From contig OZ024749.1 in assembly GCA_964016885.1 (NCBI GenBank), forward strand, positions 50,530,001 to 50,594,000: a stretch of 64,000 nt of DNA, read 5' to 3'. Position 1 is the stretch's first letter; every line of letters begins with the position of its first letter. This DNA comes from Eledone cirrhosa (lineage: Eukaryota). The notes beneath the pieces were generated by a model. It ran no database searches. It was given only the letters and a program-made list of their open reading frames with translations, and was not told the DNA's origin. Made by a program: the position numbers and the translations under genes. Positions 12,160-28,109 of this stretch are shown piece by piece.

Positions 12160-14415
12160 TTGTGTGTGTATGTCTGTCTCTGTGTATGTCTGTCTCTGTG
12201 TATGTCCTCTATGTATGTCTGTGTCTCTGTGTGTCTCTGTGTATGTATGTGTCTCTGTGCGTGTCTCTGTGTATGTCTATGTCTCTGTGTGTGTCTCTGT
12301 GTGTCTCTGTGTCTCTGTGTGTCTCTGTGTATGTCTGTCTCTGTGTATGTCCTCTATGTATGTCTGTGTCTCTGTGTATCTCTGTGTATGTATGTGTCTC
12401 TGTGTGTGTCTCTGTGTGTCTCTGTGTATGTCTGTGTCTCTGTGTGTCTCTGTGTATGTCTGTGTCTATGTGTGTCTCTGTGTATGTCTGTGTCTCTGTG
12501 TGTGTCTCTGTGTGTCTCTGTGTATGTCTGTGTCTCTGTGTGTCTCTGTGTATGTCTGTGTCTCTGTGTGTCTCTGTGTATGCCTATGTACCTGTGTGTG
12601 TCTCTGTGTGTCTCTGTGTATGTCTGTGTCTCTGTGTGTCTCTGTGTATAGCTGTGTCTCTGTGTATGTCTGTGTCTCTGTGTATGTCTGTGTCTCTGTG
12701 TGTATATCTATGTATGTCTGTGTATATGTGTGTCTCTGTGTATGTCTGTGTCTCTGTGTGTGTCTCTGTGTGTGTATGTGTCTATGTGTGTCTCTGTGTA
12801 TGTCTGTGTCTATGTGTGTATGTCTGTGTCTCTGTGTGTGTCTCGGTGTGTGTCTCTGTGTGTATGTCTGTGTCTCTGTGTATGTCTCTCTGTGTATGTC
12901 TCTCTGTGTGTATGTCTCTATGTATGTCTTCGGTGTATGTATGTGTCTCTGTGTGTGTCTCTGTGTATATATGTGTCTCTGTGTATGTCTGTCTCTGTGT
13001 GTATGTCTGTATCTCTGTGTGTGTCTCTGTGTATGTATGTGTCTATGTGTGTTTCTCTGTGTATGTCCTATGTGTGTATGTTTGTGTCTCTGTGTGTCTA
13101 TGTGTGTATGTCTGTGTATCTGTATGTCTCTGTGTGTATGTCTGTGTCTCTGTGTATGTATGTCTCTGTGTGTATGTCTGTGTCTCTGTGTATGTCCTCT
13201 GTGTATGTCTGTGCCTCTGTGTATGTCTCTGTGTATGTCTGTGTCTCTGTGTGTGTCTGTGTGTCTCTGTGTGTATGTCTCTGTGTGTTGTTGTGTATGT
13301 GTATATGTGTGTGTGTGTATGTATATGTGTGCATCTGTGTGTATTTGAGTGTGTGTGTATGTGTGTGTAACTGTATGCGTGTGCGCCTGTGTGTTTATAT
13401 GCGTGTGTGAGTATGTGTATGTATTTGTGTGTGAGTGTATGTGTGTGCGCCTGTGTGTAGATGTGTGTGTGACGGTGTGTATGTATGTATATTTGAGTGT
13501 ATGTGTGTGTGCCTCGGTGTGTATGCGTGTGTGTGAGTGTGTGTATATATATGTGTTTGAGTGTGTGTGTATGTGCCTCGGTGTGTATGCGTGTGTGTGA
13601 GTGTGTGTATATATGTGTGTTTGAGTGTGTGGGTGTGTGTGCCTCGGTGTGTATGCCTCAGTGGTTGTGTGTGAATGTTTGAGTGTATATGTATGCGTGT
13701 ATGTTTGAGTGCGTGTCATCGTATGAGTGTGTATGTGTATGTGTGTGTAGGCCTTTGTGTGTGCATGTATACCTGTGTGTGTGTGTGTGAATATGTTTGC
13801 ATCTGTTTGTGTGTGTATGTGTGCCCCTGTGTGTGTGAGTGCATATGCCTCTCCGTGTGTATGCCTGCGTATGTGTATGCCTGTGTGTGTGTGAGTGTAT
13901 GTGTGTCCTTGTGTATGTGAATGTGTGTGAGTACGTATGGCTCTGTCTGTTTATGCCGGTGTGTGGGTATGTAGGTGTGTGTGTGTGTGTGTGTGAGTGT
14001 ATACGTGTCCATGTGTGGTTGAGTATGTATAAATGCGTGTGCGTCTGGTTGTGTATGCTTGTGTATGTGTGAGTGGGTGTGTGTTGCTGTGTATGTGAAT
14101 GTGTATGTATGCTTGTGGATGTGTGAGTGTATGTGTGTCCCTGTGTGTGCCAGTGCGTGAGTATGTATGCCTATGTGTGTGTATGCATGCTTGTGTCTGT
14201 ATGTGTGTCCCTGTGTGTGCGAGTGCGTGAGTACGTATGCCTATGTGTGTGTATGCTTGTGTGTGCCTCTATGTGTGTGTGCCTCTGTGTGAGTATGCTT
14301 GTGTGTGCCTCTGTGTGAGTATGCTTGTGTGTGACTCTGTGTGTGTATGAGTCTGTGTTTATCCCTGTGTATGCGAGTGTGTGTGACTGTATAAGTCTGT
14401 TTGTGTGAGTGAGAG
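12160..14415. repeat. Compound TG/TC low-complexity satellite (TGTGTATGTCTGTGTCTC-like units, decaying to TG-rich sequence)
   Basis: Direct inspection; source of the 404-417 aa C/V/S pseudo-ORFs. Confidence 0.95.
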
Positions 14416-16004
14416 AGTAATTTCTATTTTTTATTCTTTGTCTGTTATGGTACCTTTTCTTTGTTGCAGTATTTTTGAGAAAAAATGGTAACGGCTAATA
14501 GCAGTATTTTGTAAGAACAAAATGAAACGCTGGGCATACGATAGAATCTTTGCGGCCAAACTATATTTGAGAAGTGATTGTTGTGACACGAAGAATTCAA
14601 TATTGATGTGTTTTTTACTTTTATTTTTGTGTGTATATATATGTTTCACTGTCAGCATGAATTTCTGTGTATTCGAATCCATTGCTATGTTTGTGAGTGT
14701 GTTTAAGGCATTTAATGTGTATCCTTGATTATGTATTAATATGTATTTTTTGTATATGGGTGTATGTCTGCTTTTGTTAGTGGTGGGCGTATGTATGAGT
14801 GTATGAGTGTGCGTAAATCTATTTCTACATAGCTGTATATGTGTATGTGTCTGTACATCAATGTCTTTGTGTCCGTTTGTATAGGAGAGCGGTGGAAAAG
14901 GGGGAGATAATAAAGGACATAAAAAAGCAGTACAACAAAAAAAAATCTGTAAACGAAATCTTTTTCTCTTTATCTTTTCTTTGTCTTCTTCTTTTTCTTG
15001 TTCTTCTTTTTCTTCATCATTTTCTTCTTCAACTCCTTCCTCTTCTTCTCCCTCTTTCTCTTATTCTTCTTCTCCCTTTTCTCCTCCTCCTCCTTCTTTC
15101 ATGTGAAAGCTTTAACGATACAGAAAGTCGACAAATTTCGAAAATTGTATGTAGGTGGAGAAACTGAAGACTTGACGAAACAAACAGTACGTGAACAAAA
15201 GTGTACAACAGGCACAATAAGAGTGGGAGAAAGAGTAGATGTTAGGAAAAATAGGGAGAAAACTGTAGTAAAGGTTTATAATTTGAAAGATTGCATCTTA
15301 TTCTTAATGAAAATGAGAAACAATTCAGAGAAGGAAAAAAATATCTACCAGTAATCTTCAATGCTTTCAAAAGGAAATATAGAAAAATGGAAGAAATTGT
15401 CTACAGGACTAATAATGGATAGATTTTTGAATTATGTTGAGGTGTATTTCAGTCAGTGACTATTCAAAATTATATGGAACAGGATGAACGCTCATGAACA
15501 GGTTATATTTTTTCCACTTTTTTGTTTATAATGGCTTTGATGTTTCGGCGTTATTTCATCTTCAGATTAGAGAATTGGAGGTAGAGATGTAAGGGGAGAG
15601 ATAGTATAACAAACATGTGGAATGGTAAAATAGAATAAAAATGAAATGTTAAAGAAAGAAAAGGAGTGACTGGATGCAGAACAATTGTGAAGATTGACAG
15701 AAATGAAGAGATTGAAAGAAAGAACAAATCCGTTACGAACGTGTACATGTCAGTGATAAAGAGAAAAATGTAAAGCGAATGGGAGAGAAAAAGCAGGAAA
15801 ACGAAAAGGGACGTGCATAATAGGCATGGTTGGGCTGGGAATACCACTACAAGGGGGGGGGATTGTGAGTAGGAGTACAATGAATATCAAAGGAAATCCT
15901 GTTCTCGAAATATGGTGAGAGAGAGAGAAAGACGAAGGCAGTGAGTGAAAGAGAACATCAACGCACACATACATATATGTATATGTGTGTGTGTATATAT
16001 ACAT

Positions 16005-16230
16005 ATATAAATATCAATCTCTCCCACTCTGTATATCAATTTACACTAAACTCTCTCCCTCACTATATCTACTACAGGGAACTCTCTTCCAAACCCCCTC
16101 TATATATCAATTAACATTAAACTCTCCCCCTTTCTATACCTACTACACGGAACGCTCTCCCGACCCCCCTCTCTATATCCATTACCAATAAACTCTCCCC
16201 CTCTCTATATCTATATCTATCTCTTCCATA
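16005..16230 (+). repeat. Degenerate pyrimidine-rich ~70-bp tandem repeat (related array at 55445-55940)
   Basis: CTCTATATCAATTAACA.TAAACTCTCCC..CTATATCTACTACA.GGAACTCTCTTCC repeated ~3 times. Confidence 0.7.
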
Positions 16231-16361
16231 TCTTCCTACATAACATGTACATAAAGTGTATATACAAATAGATGTGTGTTTTGGTAGTTTGGGGAGAAAA
16301 ATATTATTAATGGGGTGGCCCTAGACCCCTGCCCCTCAATTCAACCACCCCTGTGTATGTA

Positions 16362-16397
<36 letters not shown>

Positions 16398-16786
16398 TGT
16401 GTGTGTGTGTATGTGTGTTTGTGTGCGTGTTTACATACTATTCATACATATATTAACAGGCGTGTTCTCAGTTACCAAATGAAATAATTTTTATTTAATT
16501 ACTTTTTCTCAAGCAAAGTCTGTTAAAATCTAGCGTCGTTATCCTCATGTATCATCATCATCATCATTATCATCTTCGTTATCCTCATCATTATCATCAT
16601 CATCATTATCATGTATCATCATCATTATCATCTTTGTTATCCTCATCATTATCATCATCATCATCATCATAGCAACAGACATCATGATCATCATCGCACT
16701 CTTTACATGTATTCATGGTAATCACTGGCTTTCTTGTCTTCCAGATATTCTTCCAATTGATGAAAATATTATTATTATTATTGGTA

Positions 16787-17017
16787 AGGGGGTAGATTGG
16801 CAGTATCCGTAGAGCGTCGCACAACTTGGTTCGTGGCATAGAGTTACGGCCCTTTATGATCTGAGTTCAAATCTCGCCGAGGTTAATTTTGCCTTTCATC
16901 CTTACGGGGGTCGATAAACTAAAGCACCAGTAATACACTGGGGTTGATTGAATCGACTTTCCCATCCCCTTCAAATTGCTGGCCTTGTGCTTGCCTAAAG
17001 TAGAAACAATTATTATT
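16787..17017 (+). mobile_element. SINE family A, long form
   Basis: Family A core plus extra GGGGTTGATTGAATCGACTTTCCC segment before AATTGCTGGCCTTGTGC; flanked by (ATT)n and (GTA)/(GGT)n. Confidence 0.88.
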
Positions 17018-17325
17018 GGTGGTAGTAGTAGTAGTAGTAGTAGTACTATTAGTAGTAGTGGTGGTGGTGGTGGTGGTGGTAGTAGTGATTTATTTTGTTT
17101 CTGTAATTATTATCATCATTATTGCATTCGACACCATCATTATTAAATAATATTGTTGTTGTTGTTGTTTAAATGGTAAACATTTGACGCTTCCATAAGC
17201 ATCGAAGTATATTTAATTCGGAACCAAATTATATACGCCCCAGTACATCATATTAGGTATGTATATAGTGTTTGTATTAAAAGCAGATTGATTTGCATAA
17301 AATAGATGTAGAGAAATATTTATAA

Positions 17326-19885
<2,560 letters not shown>

Positions 19886-20241
19886 TATAAATTCGTGCGA
19901 TCCAAATGGCGTCAAGAAATACGACGAAGTTTTAACAATAATTAAATGGAAATAAGAATCTTCAGCTTAGAAATTGCCATTAAATATCCTGCTGGTCTGT
20001 AGAGAGAGAGACATCTAAGTAATTTATTGGGAAGTATACACTCACTAAGCATCGGTTGTAAATCCTCATTAGAGCTTAGATTGTATGTGATCATCATATG
20101 TATGTGAATGTTAGATTTACTTTTCTTACTTTTCTTACATAGGGTTTCTGTATATCTATCATGCAACGTTTGTAATGTATATATACATGTTTAACGAAAC
20201 ATTTGCACCTCGTAGCAGATAGAAATATTTACTGTAAGTTT

Positions 20242-20324
<83 letters not shown>

Positions 20325-20341
20325 GATATTAACAAATGGAA

Positions 20342-20394
<53 letters not shown>

Positions 20395-20433
20395 GATATT
20401 AACAAATGGAATCTATATTTATAAAACCATATT

Positions 20434-20498
20434 TATTTCATTATACATATTTCAAGGACACTAAGTTAAATTATGGTGTGCTTTCATCAGATAAAATA
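20434..20498 (-). ncRNA. Type I hammerhead ribozyme motif within a ~250-bp TA-flanked element (20323-20580; homolog 30054-30240)
   Basis: Minus strand TATTTTAT-CTGATGA-AAGCAC..GTGTCCTT-GAAA-TATGTA-TA-ATGAAATA; distal pairing TATTTATAAAAC/GTTTTATAAATA. Confidence 0.78.
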
Positions 20499-20583
20499 TA
20501 ATATAGAGCAGTTTTATAAATAAATATTGACATACACTTAAAGAATGCAACCCTTTCTGTTGGAAGCTCCCGGATAGTTTTAC

Positions 20584-20680
<97 letters not shown>

Positions 20681-20682
<2 letters not shown>

Positions 20683-20815
20683 TTTATCCCGGTTTCAATC
20701 GGGGTAACCACAGTAAGTAAGGTACTCAATACAAGGAAGAGTATAAATATTATTTAATATAGAAAGGCTTCTACAGGACTAGAACTGTTTCATTCGGTAG
20801 AAATCATCCGGAAGT
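20681..20815 (-). mobile_element. ~135-bp TA-embedded HHR element with a core point mutation (CGGATGA); homologs 44945-45078 and 60791-60935
   Basis: Minus CTTC-CGGATGA-TTTCTACCGAAT-GAAA-CAG.TTCTAGTC.CTG-TA-GAAG; shared TAACCACA.TAAGTAAGGTACTCAATACA. Confidence 0.75.
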
Positions 20816-21110
20816 ATATATATATATATATATATACAGAATTATTAGGTATTGAATTAAGAATGAAAATAAAAACAACATAGTCAAGTTACTTTACCTA
20901 TTCATATCATTGTTGTACGATCGTTTCGGAGGGTCAATCATATTGACGTATTGTCTGAGCTATATAGCAGTTATATAACTGTACTATCAGGAATAAACTC
21001 AGCGAAACACAGAACTTCTCTATGGATTACTCGCCATCGGATTACGTTGAGTTCTATCTACGCTACGGACCCTACCATAAAAAAAAAAAATATATATATA
21101 TATATGCATA

Positions 21111-21296
21111 TAATTGTTTCTACTTTTGGCACGAGGCCAGCAATTATATCAGTGCATTACTGATACTTTATTTTATCGACCCCGTAAGGATGAAAGGCAA
21201 AGTTAACATCGGCGGGATTTGGACTCAGAATGGCAAGGGCTGTAACTCTATGAGTCAAAGCATGGTGTCCGACCCTCTAACGATACTGCCAATCCA
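21111..21296 (-). mobile_element. SINE family A
   Basis: Matches 1601-1779; flanking TATATRCATATAAT direct repeat. Confidence 0.9.
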
Positions 21297-21388
21297 TTAT
21301 ATACATATAATAAACCTATCTTTGATAGCTTTCGTTCAGACTGTTCCGTTGATCAACCATCCCCGTTGACCTGTAACGCCAGGTGTGT

Positions 21389-21660
21389 GGAGGCACGTGG
21401 CCTAGTGGTAAGGCTGTTGGACTTAAAATCAGGATGTCATGGGTTCGATTCCTGGGTTGCGTATTGTGTTTTTGAGCAAAACACTTCATTTCACGTTGCT
21501 CCAGTACACTCAGCTGAAAATAAATACCAGCAGTAGCTGGGAGTTTAACTCTGCGATGGAATGGCGTCATGTCCAGGGTGAGTAGGGTACTCACAGTCGC
21601 TTCACCCCATAAAACCAGATTAAGCACCGGCAAAATGAGCCTTCTGGCTTAAGACAGACT
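21389..21660 (+). mobile_element. SINE family B (tRNA-derived head, CORE/V-like TTGAGCAA.ACACTT motif)
   Basis: A box TGGCCTAGTGG, B box GGTTCGATTCC, then TTGAGCAAAACACTTCATTTCACGTTGCTCCAG. Confidence 0.85.
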
Positions 21661-21906
21661 TTAGATACTTATGTGTTTGTAATAAAAACACATGTGTATA
21701 TAAATATATTAGAGGAGAAATTTCTAGAATATTTCAGATGTTTCATAAGTTTCTCTTAATGGATTAGAAATATAATTTCTTAATTCCCTCCGGCTTTTCT
21801 AGTTTTCTGTAGCCCAGACGTTTCAAGATGTAAGCATATATGAATACATGTATATGAGCATGTATATATTTCAAAGAAATTGCGTATACTAATAGATACA
21901 TGCATC

Positions 21907-22000
21907 TTCTTCTGCTTTTCAAAAGTAGAGTTGAGGGTCTGTGGGGTTTTTTTAAACCACAGACCCTCCATCTCAATCCTACTTTTGAAAAGCAGAAGAA
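21907..22000. repeat. ~94-bp imperfect palindrome (hairpin)
   Basis: TTCTTCTGCTTTTCAAAAGTAG..GAGGGTCTGTGG / CCACAGACCCTC..CTACTTTTGAAAAGCAGAAGAA. Confidence 0.9.
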
Positions 22001-22151
22001 CTGCGAAACCGGTAAAGGAACCAAATAATTATATATATTATTTTAAAAATAAGACTTCAGTTGGATTTTCGATTTCATCTTTTTTTCTTTATACTTTCAC
22101 TCGTGTAGGACACCTCGGTTATTTTTCATATTGTAAATAAACCTCACTTTC

Positions 22152-22199
<48 letters not shown>

Positions 22200-22273
22200 T
22201 ATCTCTCTCTCTATATATATATATATATTCATGTATGTATATATATACATACACATTATATATATATATATAC

Positions 22274-22314
<41 letters not shown>

Positions 22315-22367
22315 GTATATATATAGACACACACATATATATACACATATATACACACACAGACGTG

Positions 22368-22398
<31 letters not shown>

Positions 22399-22405
22399 AT
22401 ATATA

Positions 22406-22446
<41 letters not shown>

Positions 22447-22653
22447 CGCTTATTCCATTACACCCGTTACACACAAATACACATATTCATATATGTATGT
22501 GTTTGTTTCGGAGAGTGTTCGCAGGTGAGGTTGGGGTATTTTGAAGTGAAAATGTAAATTTAGTAAGTACCTTTTGTAAATTACATCCTTTTAAACTTAC
22601 GTTTACATATATATATATATGTATACACACGGACACCACACACACACACGCAC

Positions 22654-22760
<107 letters not shown>

Positions 22761-23190
22761 TATATATACATATACACACACACATATATCTATATCTATA
22801 TAAACATATACACACACACATATATATGTATATATATATCGAGAGTGTGATTTGAATAACATTTTTAAAACTGTTTAGGAGCTATCAGCATACATCAAAA
22901 GACAATTTTGCAATCGCCTCATCTGAACGTTTAAATAGATTCTTGTTGAAATATTATTAACATCGGTCGCCTGACTGGCTTCGGTGATGCTCTCCTCTTC
23001 AGCAATCACTAGTTGTAGTCAAATCATATCTTTTACCGATAGTGTCGCGGAAAATAGATGTTTAAATCACAATATTTAAATGTTTTGCGATGAGAGCAAT
23101 GTATATGTAATTTATTGCAGCAAAAGATGATCTCCTTATCTAGTCGGATCGGAGAAGGCTGTCTGCAGAGAAATATTGACATAAGCAAAG

Positions 23191-24541
23191 TTAATGAATG
23201 GTGATGTAATAGAATATCTTAACAGTTAGGTGAATCACAGTTAACGACGTTAAAACTATACGTATCACGTTTGTGTAAAGTGAGACAAGATTTTCAATGA
23301 ATAACTTAAAATGTGTGTTGTAATAAATGAGACACGATATGTACATTACACCTTCACTGTTTAATGTAGCTACAAATACTTCGACCAGATTGTGCAGTAT
23401 AGTCTTGCAACGTGTCATTGCCAAAGTAAGTTTACATAAACCAGAAATTAAAAGAATTGTATGACTTAATATTTTTCTGCTTCTACGATATGTATTGCTT
23501 CTATTTACAGTCACTTTTTTTATTTTTTGTAATTCTCATGGTCTCAGCAATCGTTTTTATCCACCGTATGTATACATCTTTGTTGTCTACAACCTGGCAT
23601 TAGATTTATCATTAAAGTCATATCAGCCATGATAATCGTGATATTGTTGTATATATCTCCACCAATTCTTAAGATAATAGGGTAAAATTTGTGGAAAGTT
23701 TGTTTATTATTTTCGCATATAATCCATATATTCCTCTTAGAGTTTCGAACTCATTGGTAGCTATTAATTTCCATTATATTTCATGACTAGAGCGATTGAT
23801 TGGCAGAATCAGTAGAGCGTCGGAGAAAATGCTGTACAGTATTTAGTTATGGCTCTTTAGGTAGTTAACGGTTAACTTCATATGAACTGTGTTTAACTCG
23901 TGACTTCGCTACCTCCTTCTCGTGACTGATGATGCGTTGGGTTAGAAATGAACAAGAGATTATTTTGAAATGTGTACCAAGGAGAAGAGAAAATACGATG
24001 ACAAGTTGTGAAGCTCAATAAATGTCATAGAACTGGTAGAGCACACGATGAACGCAGTAAAGAAAGACATATTATGTAATATTAGAATGATTGAGCTAAA
24101 TATGGAAGCCATAAGATGGTCGCTGATTTGCTTGACGTTAGAAATAACAGCCATATATAAAAAATGGACAGAGTTACATTAGTTAATGTGCTCTCGGATA
24201 TGCAATATCCGTGTAAAGGACGCACATGTCATAAACCTTCTTGATCAAATTTGAACTAGAGGTAACAAGCATAAACAATAATAACAAGCTAATACCATAT
24301 ATTCTATCGAATGGAGGTCATTTCGCTGAAGTATTGAGACCTTGTGACCGTAATTATCAGTGAGAATGGAATGAACACTGTTCATACATTCATCATCCTT
24401 ATGTCGTTTTTTTAATATACAGATCAATAGCTACATAATTAATATTATGCAATATGGCCGCACAATTTCTATAGCAACAATTATAGTAATCTCAAAATCT
24501 TAACCGTCCATCGTTCTATGCTTCTTGAAATATGTTTCCAT
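23191..24541 (-). pseudogene. Possible decayed rhodopsin-class 7TM (GPCR-like) coding remnants
   Basis: One frame 24541-23960 (194 codons, 4 internal stops) reads ..IVRPYCIILIM*LLICILKKR..MVLACYYCLCLLPL..LMASIFSSIILILHNMS; further hydrophobic frames at ~23744-23544 and 23514-23191; SINE A head inserted at ~23790-23860. Similarity judged by eye only. Confidence 0.35.
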
Positions 24542-25565
24542 CTTTCTCAATCTAACCCTCTCTTCTTTTCTGTCTTTCTATCTTTCTCTTTCTCTACCTC
24601 TACCCATCTATCTGTCTATCTATCTCTCACACATTAAAATACACTCACAACACACACACTAGCACTCTCTCTCTCTCTCTATCTATCATCTCCTTTCTTT
24701 TTCCCTCACACATTGACCTTATCGCATTATCTTTCATTCCTGTATTTCTTTGCTTATTCTGATGTTGTTTTCTGCGTTTGTTTGTTTGTAGTTTTTTTTT
24801 TTTGTTTTGTTTTGTTGTTTTTTTTCGAAAATTTATTTCCATTAAGCGCCGTCTGGTTTGAAATTTAATCTTGTATATTTGTTAATAAATATGTTTTATT
24901 TTTAAATATCTGTTATTCTTTGTTTTTTTACCATAGAAATTAATATCCGAATCGAATATAATGAAAAAGAAAAGAAATATATTTCGGTCGCGTATCAATT
25001 GACATTAAGATTATATATCAATTGCCAATTATAATTGAAGGAAAAATATATCATCATAAACACAAATATCATTATAACAATAGATAAATACATATAGAAA
25101 TTGAAAAAGAAAAACAATTATTATATGTATTTAAAATCTAAATAGCGCATGAATAGAACCTGTAGCGATTCCAAACGTGAAACGAAGATAACTGCCTTAG
25201 TAAAAACTTGTGTTGCTATAAATCAACGATTCTTGTTTAAACCTATTTTAGTTGGATTATAGTTTCTAGTAATTTGCTTGTCTATTGCTGTTTGATATAT
25301 GCTCGAGATCTAGATGAAGCAATGTTTGTATCTGATATGAGTTCTTATCTGATATGATATTTTAGAATCTTCGTGATTGTAGAATTTGTTTTATACACAA
25401 TTATTATAGGTTTTGTCTATGAGGAGTTAAGCATACATACGTATATCAGTGTTTACCTTTACACACGCCCGCGCGTGCTTTAACTTTTAATTAAACAAAT
25501 ATACGAATATACACATGCTGCATATGTATATATATATATATATGTATGTATGTATATATGCATAC

Positions 25566-25610
<45 letters not shown>

Positions 25611-25673
25611 CACACACACATATATATATATATATGTATATACACACACACATATATATATATATATGTATAT

Positions 25674-25753
<80 letters not shown>

Positions 25754-27472
25754 TAAAGAGATAGTCAAGTAACTGCACATAGCTTCAAGCCTAATTTTTA
25801 CTACAAGGATTCTAATCAGAACCAATATTGTGGCGCTATAGAATTTGATAAGAAAACTTTAAAACTCTTTCAATATTCTCTCGTTCGTTTGTTTCTAGTC
25901 CTATATATTCAGAAGAGAGGGTAAAAAAATGAAGACATCTGATCATTTGATACTGTCAACATGGCTGAGCCTTTCAAAATAAATAGAATTAGTCTCACTT
26001 GGACAACTTCAAATTTGGTTATTGGTATCTTATAACCTATAATAAGACTAGATAGCTTCTGTTTGCATTGCTTGCGATCGTCTTGTGTATGATAAAGACT
26101 TTCCAGTGGCGTATATAAAGATGCAAATGCTAATCTCACTGTTTCACTCCACTTACCTTATTTTGTCCCTTTATTACAAACTAATATACAGTATGTATGT
26201 ATTTTGTATTCACTGTTTCTAGCTTTGTTATTCTTTGTTGTTGTTTTTTTTACAATCTAAGCTTAGTATCTTCTCTTTGACTAAATAGGATAAATATTTC
26301 TTTGAAGTTGATATTACATTTATTATCAAAAGACAAAAACAATTGCTAAATGTGGTTCAATACTATTGTCATTTCAATATACGTTGCAGCATCTTGTTAG
26401 TGCCGCATTGGAGGAAACATAAATATTATCTGTATAAACCTCTAACTAATTATATCAGGTGAGCAGCGAGTTTCTCTCCAGCCTATACAATACAGTATGT
26501 ACATTTATTGCTTTATCGCAGACACACATAAAATGTTTTTATTCATGATAAGACACTACATTCTTGCATTGTCTCTAACATTATACAACGGCGTATTTTG
26601 TTTGGTATATTATTTTTTTTATTTTTTATACTAGTAGTCAGTAAGATATTTCTGAAAATATATGTATTCACTTAATCATGTTAAGTAAAAAAAAACCTCA
26701 TACACGAACGTCCATTTGAACAATTAAATTATTTCATATTGATAATATGTTTTCTCGTCTATGGTGTCGTAATTCATATCTTCTATGCTGGCTCTCAGAA
26801 TCCAGGCGACAGCAGACCAATGTGGGACCCTCAAATCAATGGCTGGACTTATTGAAAATAGCAATATAAGCTGCTTCATATCAAACACCTCTATAAAAAG
26901 ATAATATAGTATATAACGTAATCTTAAATAAAAGACGATTTCTTACGTTACATTACAAATGGACGCAGACAGCGCAGGGATTTAAATAATATTAACAACA
27001 ACGGCGAAGATGAAATGTCTAGGATACTGGAGAATTTCTTATTAATTTAGTGATATGTATTGTCTCACCAGCACTGCAAGTTACCTATGTTTAAATTCAG
27101 CTTAGAAATGACGACCTTCAAGTCGTTTCATGAGAGAAGTTTAATCCAATATAATTCTTTCTAACATTGGCACATGGATAACAAATATAAAGAAACGATA
27201 ACTGAGATTATATCAACCACAGTACGTAACTGATATGATATATATATATATATGCATATATTTACACACACATAATATATAAACTCTCACACATACACAC
27301 ACACATATATATATACATGTGTATATGTATATATATATATGTGTGTGTGTGTATGTGTGTGTGTTTGTATGTTTCCTAAACCCCACTCCCCTCTTTTTTT
27401 TTTCCTTTTTTCCCAATCTCATAAATCCATCTTACTTTATTTTTCATACGTTGATTTAAAACTTCACTGCTC

Positions 27473-27553
27473 ACAAGTGTTTTTTAAGCTTGATGAGAAC
27501 GCAAATATCATCCCATGATATTTGTTTTTGAAATGCGCATAATAAAATACTTG
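27473..27553 (+). ncRNA. Hammerhead-like motif (near-intact)
   Basis: CAAGTGTTTT..(C)TTGATGA-GAAC.GCAAATATCAT.ccc.ATGATATTTGT.TTTT-GAAA-TGCGCA-TA-AT.AAAATACTTG; palindromic stem III, proximal stem I disrupted. Confidence 0.6.
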
Positions 27554-27594
27554 GAACTGTTTTAACCATCTTTTGATCTTATATTATATATATA

Positions 27595-27678
<84 letters not shown>

Positions 27679-28071
27679 GTATAGCATACTTTAATATAGT
27701 GGGTAAGTTTGATGAAAAATGGTGATATATTTTTCAAAGTGTTAGCAAGTTAGAAACATTGGAGTTAAACCAAAAACAAAACTGTGAAAAGTTTTCATTT
27801 TACCTTATATTAAGATATTTTCTTATTTAAAATACAGTTATAAAAAGAAAGTTAAAACTGAGCTTGGCTCTTATCTGTACAGGCATATGGAAATAGGATG
27901 GAGTGGAGGGATGTGCCATATACACCATTTTAGTATTTACTACCACAAACGGCAATAAGAATATTTAGCACATGCTGTAGTGTTATACATACACACATAG
28001 ACACATATGTGTGTATCTGTGTATGTGTTTGTGATGTGTATGTCATATAAAGTTGTGTTTAGGTGTATATG

Positions 28072-28109
<38 letters not shown>

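Noticed and set aside
12134-13719. 404-417 aa Cys/Val/Ser or Thr/His-rich proteins
   Set aside because: Open in several frames on both strands because of low-complexity composition; no domain structure
14841-15354. 108- and 118-aa ORFs
   Set aside because: Driven by CTT/TC low-complexity sequence; no recognisable domain or splice support
21389-21460. tRNA gene
   Set aside because: A/B boxes are present but there is no convincing cloverleaf, and the sequence continues into a repeated SINE body
22960-23010. Minus-strand CTGAAGA-GG..CC-GAAG motif
   Set aside because: GAAA mutated and stem I register does not fit; too weak to call
23920-23960. CTGATGA...GAAA hammerhead candidate
   Set aside because: No pairing for stems I, II or III
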